Assembly: GCA_040771865.1 (NCBI GenBank) | Contig: JAXGZF010000003.1 | Span: 1-64,000, forward strand | Length of the DNA: 64,000 nucleotides | Direction: 5' to 3' | Origin: Desulfobacterales bacterium | Lineage (GTDB): Bacteria > Desulfobacterota > Desulfobacteria > Desulfobacterales > UBA2245 | In this document: positions 1 through 10,928 of the stretch, piece by piece | Numbering within the stretch: position 1 is the first letter of the stretch | Layout of the letters: each line of letters starts with the position of its first letter | The notes under the pieces: model-generated | The model's database searches: none | What the model was told of the DNA's origin: nothing | The model's input: only the letters and a program-made list of their open reading frames with translations | Position numbers and translations under genes: made by a program

Positions 1-141
1 GCGTCGCATCGGTTGACAAGCCAATGCTTTGGCTCTATGATCGGGTTGTTTTCGTCGGCCGCTGAAGCGGCAAGAGGAGATTTCCGACGCCGGCGGACCG
101 AAATATGCGGATCCCAACAGTTGATATTTCGGGGAGTGACC

Positions 142-636
142 ATGCCGATTTACGAATTTTACTGCTGCCAATGCCATACCATCTTCAATTTTTTTTCATC
201 CCGTGTGAACACCAGCGCGCAACCGCTTTGTCCGCGATGCGGCAGGCAGAAGCTGGATCGCCGGATTTCTCTTTTTGCCATTGCGGGAAGGTCTGAAGAA
301 CAAGGTGAATCCGGGGATTATTCCGTCGATGGATTCAGGATGGAGCGGGCCATGAATGCCTTGGTTCGTGAGGCCGACAGGATGAATAAGGAGGATCCCC
401 GGCAGGCAGCCGATCTGATGCGCCGGATGTCGGATATAACCGGCTTGAAAATGGGGCAGAGCATGGAAGAGGCGCTCAGGAGAATGGAACGTGGCGAAGA
501 TCCTCATCAGATCGAGGCTGAAATGGGGGATCTTTTAAAAGCCGAGGACCCTTTTGCGCCGGATGCAAAAAAAATCAGAAGTATTTCCGGACCCATGCGC
601 CAGCCGGATCGGGACGAGACTCTTTATGAACTGTGA
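142..636 (+). CDS. FmdB-family zinc-ribbon protein
   Basis: MPIYEFYCCQC...CPRCG N-terminus typical of FmdB zinc ribbons; GGGGAG SD before ATG 142, so the ORF-track start at 13 is unlikely. Confidence 0.85.
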   Translation: MPIYEFYCCQCHTIFNFFSSRVNTSAQPLCPRCGRQKLDRRISLFAIAGRSEEQGESGDYSVDGFRMERAMNALVREADRMNKEDPRQAADLMRRMSDITGLKMGQSMEEALRRMERGEDPHQIEAEMGDLLKAEDPFAPDAKKIRSISGPMRQPDRDETLYEL

Positions 637-661
637 TTTTGATCAGAAATCGGAAATCAGC

Positions 662-812
662 TTAACGAGGCGTTAAAAAACAGGAATCAGGCCGTCAGAC
701 AAGACGTGCGAGGTGCGACAAGCGCTGCATATTCAAGCATATGTGAGCATTGGCGGGAGCCGTACAACGCTGCATCGCAGCCTTAGGCGCAGTTTTTTCA
801 ACAACCTGTTAA
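662..812 (-). mobile_element. 151-bp MITE-like element, diverged copy 1 (inverted relative to the other copies)
   Basis: Reverse complement aligns with 6796-6946 along its length, including CATATGCTTGAATATGC; one end TTTTTTCAACAACCTGTTAA, the other degenerate. Confidence 0.8.
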
Positions 813-828
813 AGAAATGGAGGTAACC

Positions 829-1350
829 ATGGATCCGAAACTGCGCGACCGGATGGAAATTATTCAGGGCGATATCACAAAACTGGATGTGGATGCCATC
901 GTGAATGCCGCCAATAAAACCCTGCTCGGTGGCGGCGGAGTAGACGGGGCGATTCACAGGGCCGCCGGACCGGAGCTGCAGGCCGAATGCCGGACCCTTG
1001 GCGGATGTCCGACCGGGGAAGCCCGGATCACTCGCGGCTATAAGCTTTCCGCGAGGCATGTGATCCACACCGTTGGACCGGTGTACAGCGGAAAACCAGC
1101 GGACAGCCGGCTTCTGGCCGGTTGTTACCGGAACAGTCTTGAGCTTGCCGCGGAGCGGGGTCTGAAAACCATCGCCTTTCCCGCCGTCAGCTGCGGAATA
1201 TACGGATATCCGATTGAAGAGGCCTGCAAGATTGCAGTTCGGACCACCGCAGAATTTCTGAAATCCCATCCTGACATCGAAAAAGTATTCTTTGTTCTGT
1301 TTTTATCCGGGGACTACGAAGTTTATCAGCGTTGTCTGAAATCCCTGTAA
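829..1350 (+). CDS. ymdB: Macro-domain protein (O-acetyl-ADP-ribose deacetylase-like)
   Basis: [36 protein letters not shown] and [13 protein letters not shown] motifs; GGAGG SD at 819-823. Confidence 0.9.
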   Translation: MDPKLRDRMEIIQGDITKLDVDAIVNAANKTLLGGGGVDGAIHRAAGPELQAECRTLGGCPTGEARITRGYKLSARHVIHTVGPVYSGKPADSRLLAGCYRNSLELAAERGLKTIAFPAVSCGIYGYPIEEACKIAVRTTAEFLKSHPDIEKVFFVLFLSGDYEVYQRCLKSL

Positions 1351-1567
1351 GATTCACGAATCCGGTTTTCGTCGAAAGCGTTCTGACCCTGAAAAGCATA
1401 TTGTATCGGGCGGTTGATGTTAAAAACACGCCTGGAATTTTTGACCGTTGCGCTTCGATTTCCGGGAAACGCCATTGACAAACCGGATAGGGAAGATTAA
1501 TTTGCATTTACACGATAAATCGTGCGGACCCGGAAAACGGGGCGATTTTTTTACAGGAGGGTACCAG

Positions 1568-1882
1568 ATGTTTGAAGTAACACAGTCGGCAAGCGAGCAG
1601 ATTGCCGCATATTTTGAAGGCAAAGAGGTCAAACCCATTCGGGTTTTTCTGAACGAGGGGGGCTGAGGGGGGCCGTCACTGGCCATGGCTCTGGATGAGC
1701 CTAAGGATACGGATTCTTCCTTTCAGGTGGACGGATTCACCTATCTGGTTGACAGTGCTTTTCTGAAGAAGGTCCAGCCGGTCAAGGTGGATTTCATCAA
1801 CTATGGATTCAAAATCAGCGCGGGTGTTGAATTCGGCGGCGAAGGCTGCTCTGGATGTAAAAGTTCGGGATCCTGCGGATAA
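1568..1882 (+). CDS. HesB/IscA-like selenoprotein (in-frame UGA at 1664-1666 read as Sec)
   Basis: AGGAGG SD and ATG 1568; the frame continues through TGA as IRVFLNEGG-U-GGPSLAMALDEPK; Cys-rich tail CSGCKSSGSCG; hairpin 1687-1701. Confidence 0.88.
1687..1701 (+). promoter_or_regulatory. Candidate bacterial SECIS apical hairpin
   Basis: GGCTC-TGGAT-GAGCC stem-loop; the loop starts 25 nt after the UGA and has G at position 2. Confidence 0.55.
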
Positions 1883-1907
1883 TACCTGAATTTGGTTGGT
1901 TGTGAAC

Positions 1908-1941
1908 AAAAGGCGGTGTCTTTGAAGACATCGCCTTTTTT
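1908..1941 (+). terminator. Intrinsic terminator
   Basis: AAAAGGCGGTGTCT-TTGA-AGACATCGCCTTTTTT. Confidence 0.75.
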
Positions 1942-2080
1942 ACGCGCTTTACGGCCCGAAATGCCTCTGGCGATGTCGCAGGATTGCGGTTGACGCCTGA
2001 AAAATCGTATGATAATTTTACTTCTGATCCAAAGGGTTATACCAAGCGAATCAAAGACTTCTATCTTCGGAGGCGTCTGA

Positions 2081-2794
2081 ATGGCACTGGTGGAATATAC
2101 GATGGATGAGCACGTGGCGGTCATATCGATGAACAGCGGCGACAACCGCTTGAACCCGCAATTTCTGGAAGCTTTTCATGACGTCTTGAATACGGTTGAA
2201 AAGCAGACCGACGCCAGAGTCCTGGTGGTCCGCTCGTCCCATGATAAGATTTTTTCAAACGGTCTGGATCTGGACTGGCTCTCTCCGGTCATTGCAAGGG
2301 GCGATCATGAGGCTGTGAAGGATTTTTTTGTGCTGCTCAACCGTTTTTTCAAGCGGATTTTGCTTTATCCCGCCATTACCATTGCCGCGTTGACCGGGCA
2401 TGCATTTGCCGGCGGCGCGATTCTCGCCTGTGCCTTCGATTTCCGTTTCATGCGCTCAGATCGCGGATTTTTCTGTTTTCCAGAGGTTGATCTGGGAATT
2501 CCTTTTTTCCCCGGCATGCTGGCCTTGATCAAAAAAGTCGTTCCCATGTACAAGTTTGAGGAAATGCAGTACACCGCCAGGCGTCTGACCGCTCAGGAAT
2601 GTATGGACCATCACATCGTACACCAGATTTTTCACATGGATCAGCTGATGAGCGAGGTCCTTTCCTTTGCCAAAGACCTCAACAAAAACAGGGAAATCAT
2701 CCGCGAAATGAAAAAACGCCTGTACAAGAATGTCGTGCATGCGCTGGATGTAGAAGATACACCCTATATCGAAGCCGGAAAATTTCATATTTAA
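2081..2794 (+). CDS. Enoyl-CoA hydratase/isomerase family protein
   Basis: FSNGLDL, GHAFAGGA..ACAFDFR and FPEVDLG crotonase motifs; GGAGG SD. Confidence 0.88.
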   Translation: MALVEYTMDEHVAVISMNSGDNRLNPQFLEAFHDVLNTVEKQTDARVLVVRSSHDKIFSNGLDLDWLSPVIARGDHEAVKDFFVLLNRFFKRILLYPAITIAALTGHAFAGGAILACAFDFRFMRSDRGFFCFPEVDLGIPFFPGMLALIKKVVPMYKFEEMQYTARRLTAQECMDHHIVHQIFHMDQLMSEVLSFAKDLNKNREIIREMKKRLYKNVVHALDVEDTPYIEAGKFHI

Positions 2795-2888
2795 TGGCGC
2801 CCTGATACAATTCAAGAAACCAGGCCGGTCGGCTTAAGATTCCGGGTTTTGAGAAAACCGGGCCGGTGTCTGTTTTCTGATTGAAAGG

Positions 2889-3803
2889 ATGACGGCAATG
2901 AAGATATTTATTGCGGGCGGACTTGGATTTGTCGGTACGGCATTGACCCGATATTTTCTTGAAACCGGTCATCAGGTGGTTGCTACCGGCACACAGTCCA
3001 GACAAAATCGGATTTTTCACGACCGTTTTTTGTATATTCCGGCCGATACCACACGTCCGGGGGCCTGGCAGGAGGCGCTCAGGGACATGGATGCCGTGGT
3101 GAATCTGGCCGGGCGTTCCATATTTCAGAAATGGGATGCGGCTTACAAAAAATCGATTTATGACAGCCGGATTCTGACCACCCGCAATCTGGCGGAGGCT
3201 CTGGCTGCAAATTCAGGCAAACCGACCTTGATCAGCACTTCGGCGGTCGGGTTTTACGGAAACCGGGGAGACGACCTGCTGACCGAATCCGATCCGCCGG
3301 GAGACAGCTTTCTGGCACGGGTCTGCAGGGACTGGGAAGCCGAGGCGTTTCGTGCCGAGAAGAACGGCGCGCGGGTGGTGACCACGCGCTTTGGTGTGGT
3401 TCTGGCCGGCGACGGCGGTGCTCTTGCCAAGATGATTCAGACTTTCCGTTTATATGTAGGGGGTCCGGTTGGATCCGGACTTCAGTGGTTCTCCTGGATT
3501 CACCGCCATGACCTGATTCGCGCCATGGACTTTGTTCTGAAGCATTCCGATATTCGAGGACCGGTCAATTTCTGCAGTCCGGAACCGACGCGAAACGGTG
3601 ATTTTGCCAAAATATTAGGGAAGGCGCTTGGAAAGCCCGCTTTTCTGAAGACTCCCGGCCTGATGCTGAGCCTGGTGCTGGGCGAATTTGGTTCAACATT
3701 GCTGCAAAGCCAGCGGGTGATCCCGCAAGCACTCATGAATGCCGGATTTGAATTTCAATTTCCGAATGCTTCCGCAGCTATTTCAAATCTGGTTCGAGCT
3801 TAA
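2889..3803 (+). CDS. TIGR01777/YfcH-type NAD-dependent epimerase family oxidoreductase
   Basis: GGLGFVG Rossmann motif; VVNLAG, SAVGFYG, GSGLQWFSWIH; start may be ATG 2898. Confidence 0.88.
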   Translation: MTAMKIFIAGGLGFVGTALTRYFLETGHQVVATGTQSRQNRIFHDRFLYIPADTTRPGAWQEALRDMDAVVNLAGRSIFQKWDAAYKKSIYDSRILTTRNLAEALAANSGKPTLISTSAVGFYGNRGDDLLTESDPPGDSFLARVCRDWEAEAFRAEKNGARVVTTRFGVVLAGDGGALAKMIQTFRLYVGGPVGSGLQWFSWIHRHDLIRAMDFVLKHSDIRGPVNFCSPEPTRNGDFAKILGKALGKPAFLKTPGLMLSLVLGEFGSTLLQSQRVIPQALMNAGFEFQFPNASAAISNLVRA

Positions 3804-3922
3804 TTTTATTCTTTTTCCCTTGGATTTTCTTTCGGGCTATCAGCAGGCATCATTGAAAGCCTGAAAAGGAACATTTTTTGGGTCGTGATTTCAGATCATC
3901 GGGACCCTTTTCAGAGACCGCT

Positions 3923-6001
3923 ATGGCCCCCAACTCCCTGATTCATGAAAAAAGCCCGTACCTGCTTCAACACGCGCACAATCCGGTCGACTGGCGTCCT
4001 TGGAATAAAGCGGCTTTTGACCTGGCTCAGGCCGAAGCAAAACCGATTTTTCTTTCCATCGGATATGCTTCCTGTCACTGGTGCCATGCCATGGAAAAAG
4101 ATTCGTTTGAAGACGTTGGCATGGCCGCTATTCTGAACGATGCCTTTGTATGCATCAAGGTGGACCGGGAGGAACGCCCCGACATCGATGCGATCTATAT
4201 GGCCGCATGTCAGATGTTGAACAAAAGTGGAGGATGGCCTCTAACGGCGTTTCTCTCTCCCGACGGGAAACCGTTTTATGTTGCCACCTTTATTCCCAGG
4301 GAAAGCCGGCTGGGGCAGACCGGTCTTATGGAGCTTTGCCGGAGGATCAAGGGCCTCTGGGCCGATGAGCGCGAAAAGATTACTGGCGCGGCCGAACAGA
4401 TCGCCGCAGGTCTGAAAGCAGCCTTCAAATTTGAGGCCGGCCCGGCGCCGGACGCGGAATCGCTCGATGCGGCCTTTAACCATCTGGTCCAAGGTTATGA
4501 TCCGGTCTTTGGCGGATTTTTGCCGGCGCCGAAATTTCCGACCGTTAGCCGGCTTCTTTTCTTGTTGCGATTTTTCCGGAGCACCGGCAATCCCATGGCC
4601 CTGGAAATGGTCGTGCGGACCCTGCGGGCGATGCGAATTGGAGGCATCTGGGACCATGTCGGCTTCGGGTTTCACCGCTACTCGGTGGATGAAAAATGGC
4701 TGACTCCGCATTTTGAAAAGATGCTTTACGACCAGGCCCTGGCGGCAATGGCGTACCTGGAAGCCTGGCAGTGTTCCCGGATTGAGCTGTTTTCACAGAC
4801 CGCCGAAGAGGTTTTTGCTTATGCCCTTCGCGACCTGAAATCCGAAGAAGGGGCCTTTTATTCAGCTGAGGATGCGGACAGCGATGGCGTGGAAGGGGCC
4901 TTTTATCTCTGGGGGCTTGATGAATTTGAAAAGCTTTTTTCTTCGAGTGAGGCGGGCTTGTGGAAGTCTGCTTTCGGGCTGAGCCGGGCGGGAAATTTTA
5001 CCGATGAAGCCCTCGGTCGGCAAACCGGGACCAATATTTTACGTCTGAACGCGCCCTTTGACGAGCTGGCCGGCGATCTCGGGATGTCTGCGGAGGCCAT
5101 GCAAAATCGCTGGCGAGAGGCGCGAAAGATTTTGCTCGCGGCTCGAAAAAAACGGGTTCGCCCTTTTCGTGATGAAAAAATTCTGGCCGACTGGAACGGG
5201 CTGATGGCTGCGGCTCTGGCCGCAGGCGGACGCATACTCGACAGGCCGTCGCATGTTGCCTCGGCCCGAAAAACCGTGTTTTTTCTGATCAATCAGATGA
5301 GAGATGGCAGAGGGGGACTGTATCATCGGTACTTTCACGGCCAGGCCGCAGTGGAGGGTTTTGCCGACGATTACGCTTTTTTGATACTGGCCCTTCTGGA
5401 GCTTTACCGGGCGACTCTGAATCCGGATTACGGCATTCTTGCCGAAGATTTTCAAAAAAAGATGGTGGAGCGGTTCTGGGATTCCCAAAGGGGCGGGTTT
5501 TTTATGACCGCCGATGAATGCGGGATTGTCCGTCCCAAGATCCTTTACGGCGGCGCGGTTCCATCGGCCAATGCCGCGGCCTATGCCAACCTGCTCCGTC
5601 TGGCCCGGCTGACGCGAAATCCACTCTGGAAGCAGAAGGCCGGGGAAATGGCCGCCGTCTTTGGCCCAAGCATCAGTTCCGGTCCCGAGGCGTATGCGGA
5701 TTTTCTGGCAGGCGTGGACTTTGCGGCTAATCCTGGAACGCAGGGCATTCTGATCTGTCCGGCGCAGACACAGGAGATCAGGGCTCTGTTACAACTGCTG
5801 AATACAGTGTATGCGCCCAACAGCGCCATCTGGTTGAAAACTTCTGAAAATGCCGATGCCCTGGGCCGGATGGCGGATTTTACAAAAGATTTTCCCTGCG
5901 GTCAGGCCCTGGAGAGCCGGATTTTCGGGCCCGAAGGGCAGTGGAATCCGGTTTCGCCCGATCAATGGGTTGCGGCGTTTGCGCGATCTTCGTTTGTTTG
6001 A
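3923..6001 (+). CDS. YyaL/SSP411-type thioredoxin-domain protein
   Basis: [58 protein letters not shown]. Confidence 0.9.
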   Translation: MAPNSLIHEKSPYLLQHAHNPVDWRPWNKAAFDLAQAEAKPIFLSIGYASCHWCHAMEKDSFEDVGMAAILNDAFVCIKVDREERPDIDAIYMAACQMLNKSGGWPLTAFLSPDGKPFYVATFIPRESRLGQTGLMELCRRIKGLWADEREKITGAAEQIAAGLKAAFKFEAGPAPDAESLDAAFNHLVQGYDPVFGGFLPAPKFPTVSRLLFLLRFFRSTGNPMALEMVVRTLRAMRIGGIWDHVGFGFHRYSVDEKWLTPHFEKMLYDQALAAMAYLEAWQCSRIELFSQTAEEVFAYALRDLKSEEGAFYSAEDADSDGVEGAFYLWGLDEFEKLFSSSEAGLWKSAFGLSRAGNFTDEALGRQTGTNILRLNAPFDELAGDLGMSAEAMQNRWREARKILLAARKKRVRPFRDEKILADWNGLMAAALAAGGRILDRPSHVASARKTVFFLINQMRDGRGGLYHRYFHGQAAVEGFADDYAFLILALLELYRATLNPDYGILAEDFQKKMVERFWDSQRGGFFMTADECGIVRPKILYGGAVPSANAAAYANLLRLARLTRNPLWKQKAGEMAAVFGPSISSGPEAYADFLAGVDFAANPGTQGILICPAQTQEIRALLQLLNTVYAPNSAIWLKTSENADALGRMADFTKDFPCGQALESRIFGPEGQWNPVSPDQWVAAFARSSFV

Positions 6002-6087
6002 TAGCAATATCGTTGAACCGCTTTGAACTTTCCGCGATCGTAGACCCTTATCGATTTAACAATCGCGGAATGGATGCTTGAAAGAAA

Positions 6088-6756
6088 GTGAGCGCAATGA
6101 TTCGTGCGGTGCTGTTCGATTACGGAGGGGTCCTGGCCAAGGAGGGTTTCAAGGCGGGGCTTTTTCATATTGCCCGGAACAACGGCCAAAACCCGGATGA
6201 ACTGATACGGACGGCCTTTTCTCTGGTATACGAGCTTGGATTTGTCACCGGCATGACAAGAGCCGATCGATTCTGGAGCGCCCTGCGCGATCAGACGGGC
6301 ATTGCAGGCGAGGATGAGCAGCTGACCGAGGCCGTGCTTTCCCGGTTTGTGCTGAGGCCCTGGATGCTGGAAACGGTTCGCATCTTGAGAGAGAACGGGG
6401 TGATTACGGGGATTTTAAGCGATCAGTGCCACTGGCTCGATGAATTGAACGATAGAGACGGGTTTTTCAGCTCTTTTGATTTCGTGTTCAATTCCTTTCA
6501 TACGGGACGGACCAAGAAAGATTCGGGAACCTTTGCCTTCGTGCTTGAAAAGATCGGTTCGAAACCTGGTCAGACGGTCTTTGTGGACGATCACCAGGCC
6601 CATGTCGAACGCGCGCGGTTGCAGGGATTAAATACGATTTTCTATAAAAATCGGCGGGAGTTTTTTCAGAGTCTTCGAAAATTTTTTCCCGAAACAGACT
6701 TTACATCAGCTGAAAAATTTAAATTGTACAATCCTTCCGCTGATAAAATTGATTGA
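6088..6756 (+). CDS. HAD-family phosphatase
   Basis: FDYGGVL (motif I), ILSD, KK and FVDD motifs; start could be ATG 6097. Confidence 0.85.
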   Translation: MSAMIRAVLFDYGGVLAKEGFKAGLFHIARNNGQNPDELIRTAFSLVYELGFVTGMTRADRFWSALRDQTGIAGEDEQLTEAVLSRFVLRPWMLETVRILRENGVITGILSDQCHWLDELNDRDGFFSSFDFVFNSFHTGRTKKDSGTFAFVLEKIGSKPGQTVFVDDHQAHVERARLQGLNTIFYKNRREFFQSLRKFFPETDFTSAEKFKLYNPSADKID

Positions 6757-6795
6757 ATTGTCCAGGATTAAGGATTTATTTTATACTTAAATCCT

Positions 6796-6946
6796 TTAAC
6801 AGGCTGTTGAAAAACTGCGCCTGAGGCCGCCATTCAGCGTTGCACGGCTCTCGCCAATGCTCACATATGCTTGAATATGCTGCGCTTGTCGCATCGCCGC
6901 GCGCCTTGCCTGACGGCCTGATTCTTGTTTTTCAACACCCTGTTAA
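6796..6946 (+). mobile_element. 151-bp MITE-like element, copy 2
   Basis: Terminal inverted repeats TAACAGGCTGTTGAAAAA / TTTTTCAACACCCTGTTA, TTAA at both ends; near-identical to 22716 and 43676; extra CACCCTGTTAA tail to 6957. Confidence 0.88.
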
Positions 6947-7003
6947 CACCCTGTTAATCAAATAATGTGGAAAAAGAGATTCGCAGAATAACAGGAGGCC
7001 GTC

Positions 7004-7312
7004 ATGAGCATCAAGAAACAGTACCTGAAGAACAAACCCGTTTGCAAGGTCACTTTTTGCCTTCCAAGGGAAGCGGCCCGATCCGCCAACCAGGTCTATA
7101 TCGTCGGAGAGTTCAATGACTGGAATGTTCGCGCCACGCCGATGAAAAAACTGAAAAACGGCAACTTCACCATAACGCTGGATCTGGAAGCGGGCAGGGA
7201 ATATCAGTTCCGTTACCTGGTTGATGAAAAGTACTGGGAAAACGACTGGTGCGCCGACAACTACCTACGGTCGCCTTTTGGAAACAGCGACAACTCGGTG
7301 GTAATCGTCTGA
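7004..7312 (+). CDS. Stand-alone isoamylase early-set/CBM48-like glycogen-binding domain protein
   Basis: VYIVGEFNDW, MKKLKNG.F, YQFRYLVD..WEND, DNSV; AGGAGG SD. Confidence 0.85.
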   Translation: MSIKKQYLKNKPVCKVTFCLPREAARSANQVYIVGEFNDWNVRATPMKKLKNGNFTITLDLEAGREYQFRYLVDEKYWENDWCADNYLRSPFGNSDNSVVIV

Positions 7313-7445
7313 AACGCTTTGTCTGGACGATAGAGGGAATATCAGGGGGCTTCAGGTTTGATGTCCCGTCATTGATCATTCATATTCACGCGGGTGCAAC
7401 CTGCCCCGGTCGCTAGCTCGAAACTGCAAAGGGTTCCATTCCGTT

Positions 7446-7934
7446 CTATGCTCCGCAGCATTTTTTGAATTTTTTCCCGCTTTCGCACGGGCACGGATCG
7501 TTGCGCCCGATTTTAGGAGCTGGTCGGACAAAGGGGGCGGTTGTCGGCGCAGATCCATCGAAAAAATACCAGCGGTCGTCGGCTTTCTTGAACTGCGCCA
7601 GCTCATGGTGTTCGGTTTCCCTGCCGTTTTCGATGTAGCGGGCAATGAATTCCACTTTTCCATCCGTATCCTGTTCGCTGCCCGCCTCGATATCCAGAAT
7701 TTCCAGACGCAGCCATTGCGCTTCTCTGGCCCATTTTTCGATGGAATGGACATCAAAGCTTTTTCTTTTATCCGGGTGAATGGTGTCGGCAATATACTGA
7801 ATCCGGTTTTTAACAAATGCGCTGTAACGGGATCGCAACAGGGCCTCAGCGGTACCGGCCGCCTGCCGGCCGCTGATCATCGGTTCGCAGCAGCTTTCAT
7901 AGGGCTGTTCGGATCCGCACGGGCAGTATTCCAT
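7446..7934 (-). CDS. ychJ: YchJ-family SEC-C motif protein
   Basis: CPCGS...[22 protein letters not shown] and [18 protein letters not shown]. Confidence 0.9.
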   Translation of the reverse strand: MEYCPCGSEQPYESCCEPMISGRQAAGTAEALLRSRYSAFVKNRIQYIADTIHPDKRKSFDVHSIEKWAREAQWLRLEILDIEAGSEQDTDGKVEFIARYIENGRETEHHELAQFKKADDRWYFFDGSAPTTAPFVRPAPKIGRNDPCPCESGKKFKKCCGA

Positions 7935-7986
7935 GGCGCATTAATTCCTTTCTATGAGCTATGATCATGCAATATGGCGACACCTT

Positions 7987-8865
7987 TTACAGGTTCAGGA
8001 ATTTTTTTTCAAGACGCTGATAATGCGATCGCCCGACGATTTCAAACATGGTTTCAAAAGAAACCCGGTCTTCATGCAACGCCGTGGCATCTCCGGTCTC
8101 CTTGAGACGGCCCAGAACCCGCTGCATGGCCTTGATGGCGGCCGTCCATGCCGTGGTGGGATAGATGGCGATTTGAAAGCCCATGGTTTCGAGTTCCTGT
8201 GCCGGGAGCATCGGAGTCTTGCCGCCGTCCACCATGTTTACCAGCAGGGGAACATCGGGCAATAATTCGAAGATGCGCTTCATTTCGGGGATGGTATTCG
8301 GTGCCTCTACAAAAAGGACGTCTGCGCCGGCTTCTGCGTAAGCCCGTGCACGCTTCACCGCATTTTCAAAACCTTCCACGGCGATCGCATCGGTGCGGGC
8401 GATCAGAACCAGGTCCCTGGATTGCCTGGCTTCCTGAAACGCCTGGATCTTTTGAACCATTTCCGCCTTTTCGATCAGTTGCTTTCCTTCGGTATGACCG
8501 CAGCGCTTGGGCGTCACCTGATCTTCGATCTGAAGCGCGGCGACGCCGGCGGCCTCAAATTCGCGCACGGCGCGCATCAGGTTGAGGGCGTTGCCGTATC
8601 CGGTATCCATATCGCAGATCACCGGAATGCCGACGGCATTGACAATATTTCTGGCCGCATCCAGCATTTCGGTCATCGTGGTCAGACCGATATCCGGAAC
8701 CCCCAGACGGCTTGAGGCCACCCCGGCGCCGGTGACATACAAAGCGGAAAATCCCGCCTGCTCGATGAGCCGGGCCGAGAGGGCGTCAAATGCGCCGGGA
8801 GCGATGATCAACCGCTTTTCGCCGATCATTTTGCGAAGCCGGGCTGGCTGTGTGGGCGCACTCAT
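7987..8865 (-). CDS. Isocitrate lyase/PEP mutase family protein (methylisocitrate lyase-like)
   Basis: DMDTGYG, IEDQ..PKRCGH, IARTDA, AYAEAGAD. Confidence 0.88.
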   Translation of the reverse strand: MSAPTQPARLRKMIGEKRLIIAPGAFDALSARLIEQAGFSALYVTGAGVASSRLGVPDIGLTTMTEMLDAARNIVNAVGIPVICDMDTGYGNALNLMRAVREFEAAGVAALQIEDQVTPKRCGHTEGKQLIEKAEMVQKIQAFQEARQSRDLVLIARTDAIAVEGFENAVKRARAYAEAGADVLFVEAPNTIPEMKRIFELLPDVPLLVNMVDGGKTPMLPAQELETMGFQIAIYPTTAWTAAIKAMQRVLGRLKETGDATALHEDRVSFETMFEIVGRSHYQRLEKKFLNL

Positions 8866-8868
8866 CCT

Positions 8869-9351
8869 TTATCCCCTTAACCTAATAACCAGTTCGGCAA
8901 CCCGTCTCCCAAGCAGACCGGCATTCTTACGGCTGCCGGCATCCGGGGCGCCTACGCAGGATGTGCCGTAGTGGCCGGTGGCGGAAAGGGGATCTCCGAC
9001 AATCACCATCCCGTAAATCAAAAGTGCCTGAATGATCGACATCATCGTGGTTTCCTTGCCGCCGGACGGGTCCGCCGAGGTGGCAAAGGCCGCGCCAACC
9101 TTGCCCTCCATCTTGCTTCGAACGCCTACGAACCGGTCAAACACGCTTTTCAGTTCGGCGGCCATGGACCCGAAATAGACCGGAGATCCTGCAATGATAC
9201 CCTGGGCTTCCAGAAAATCCTCCTTGTTGACTTCCTGGGAATTTTTCAGAACGGCTTCAATGCCTTGAACCGAATTAACGCCCTGGGCGACCGCCTCTGC
9301 CAGTTTTTGGGTGTTTCCGCTTTTGGAGCAGTACAACACCAGAATTTTCAT
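8869..9351 (-). CDS. WrbA-like flavodoxin / NAD(P)H oxidoreductase
   Basis: SKSGNT, GSPVYFG and GKVGAAF..S...GGKET motifs. Confidence 0.88.
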   Translation of the reverse strand: MKILVLYCSKSGNTQKLAEAVAQGVNSVQGIEAVLKNSQEVNKEDFLEAQGIIAGSPVYFGSMAAELKSVFDRFVGVRSKMEGKVGAAFATSADPSGGKETTMMSIIQALLIYGMVIVGDPLSATGHYGTSCVGAPDAGSRKNAGLLGRRVAELVIRLRG

Positions 9352-9710
9352 GTCACGTCTCCTGATGAAGGTTTCGAAATGGTGTCACTGGGCTGAAGTT
9401 ATCAACAGAGCGTCCTGCTGACAACAGAAAAAGTTTTCTGAGTGCGGATTCGTAAAAACCGCCGTGGCTGAATCACGGGGAACGAAGAAGGTCCCCGTTA
9501 AAGAAGCGATACTGAGAAGGTATTGATCATGACCGGCGTTTGCTTTTCCTTGACGGCGCCGGAAGAATTGTAGGATGCTACAATCATTGTTTCAGAATCC
9601 GCCAAACCGGATTACTCATGCCCGGAGGCGTTCAGTCTGTCCCGTCCCGCTCATGTTTCCGAAATAATGATGGGAAATGAACGAAAATATTACGGAAAGG
9701 AGTTGTTCCC

Positions 9711-10694
9711 ATGAAACCCATAAAATCGCGACAAATTATAATTGTGATCTGCATATTTGCCAGCGCAACGGTGCTGTCCGGCCTGCTGTCTTTTCTCCAT
9801 GCCGAGGCCCCCATGGCCAGAACCCAGGCGCCGGGCTACTATCGCATGATGCTCGGTCAGTTCGAAATAACGGCGCTTGTGGACGGCTTTATTGATCTGG
9901 ATATGCAACTGATGAACAATGTTTCCGAAACAAAAATCAGGAGCCTGCTGGACCTCAATTTTTCGAGCTCTCCCAAGATGAAGACGGCGGTGAACGTCTA
10001 TCTGATCAACACAGGATCCAAGCTGGTACTGGTGGATGCCGGCGCCGGAAATGTATTCGGGCCGACGCTCGGGGGCGTCGCAGGCAACATGAAAGCGGCG
10101 GGTTATGATCCGGTACAGGTCGATGCCGTATTGATTACGCATATGCACGGGGATCATATAGGCGGTTTGCTGAATGCGGAAAACAGGCCGGCTTTTCCAA
10201 AGGCATTTGTCCATGTCTCCAAAGCGGAGAGCGACTTCTGGTTGTCAGCAGTCGAGGCGGCAAAGGCGCCGGCTGAGATGAAGGCGCTGTTTAACATCGC
10301 GCACGATGTTGCCGATCCTTATATCGCCCTGGGGAGATGGAAGACATTCGAAAACGGCGATTTGCCGATACCAGGCATTCAAGCGGCGCCCATTCCGGGG
10401 CACACACCCGGACATTGTGCTTTTGAAGTTCGGTCGGGCATCGATGCCTTTCTGATTATCGGCGACCTGGTACACAGCATGGCAATCCAGTTCCCGCTTC
10501 CCGAAGCAGCGATTTCGTTCGACAAGGATCAGAAGGAGGCCGTCTCCGTGAGACAGGACTTTTTCAGGCGTGCGGCCGACAGCAGGATATTGATCGGCGG
10601 CATGCATATTCCTTTTCCAGGCATCGGCCATATAAGGTTTGAGGGCGAAAAGGGTTACGCCTGGGTGCCTATCGAATTTGCTCCGATCCCATAG
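9711..10694 (+). CDS. Secreted MBL-fold metallo-hydrolase, methyl-parathion-hydrolase-like
   Basis: Signal peptide; QAPGYYRMMLG.FEITAL.DG; THMHGDH; PGHTPGH; GDLVH; HIPFPG. Confidence 0.85.
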   Translation: MKPIKSRQIIIVICIFASATVLSGLLSFLHAEAPMARTQAPGYYRMMLGQFEITALVDGFIDLDMQLMNNVSETKIRSLLDLNFSSSPKMKTAVNVYLINTGSKLVLVDAGAGNVFGPTLGGVAGNMKAAGYDPVQVDAVLITHMHGDHIGGLLNAENRPAFPKAFVHVSKAESDFWLSAVEAAKAPAEMKALFNIAHDVADPYIALGRWKTFENGDLPIPGIQAAPIPGHTPGHCAFEVRSGIDAFLIIGDLVHSMAIQFPLPEAAISFDKDQKEAVSVRQDFFRRAADSRILIGGMHIPFPGIGHIRFEGEKGYAWVPIEFAPIP

Positions 10695-10928
10695 CTGATT
10701 CAAAAACAAAGCAAGGGAGCGCGATTTGCATGAGACAGATTGATCGCAGCGCGGTTTTTGACCCAGTGCCGATGGATGATTGCCCCCTCGCTGTAATAAC
10801 CGGCAGACTGATCGGAACAGTGACGATTTTTTATGGCTTCCTTTCCGGCTGAATCCGCTTCGGCAGGGGGTGAGACGCGCCGTCATGAAGTTTACGGAAA
10901 GATCGGCATGATACTGAAAGATGAAATC

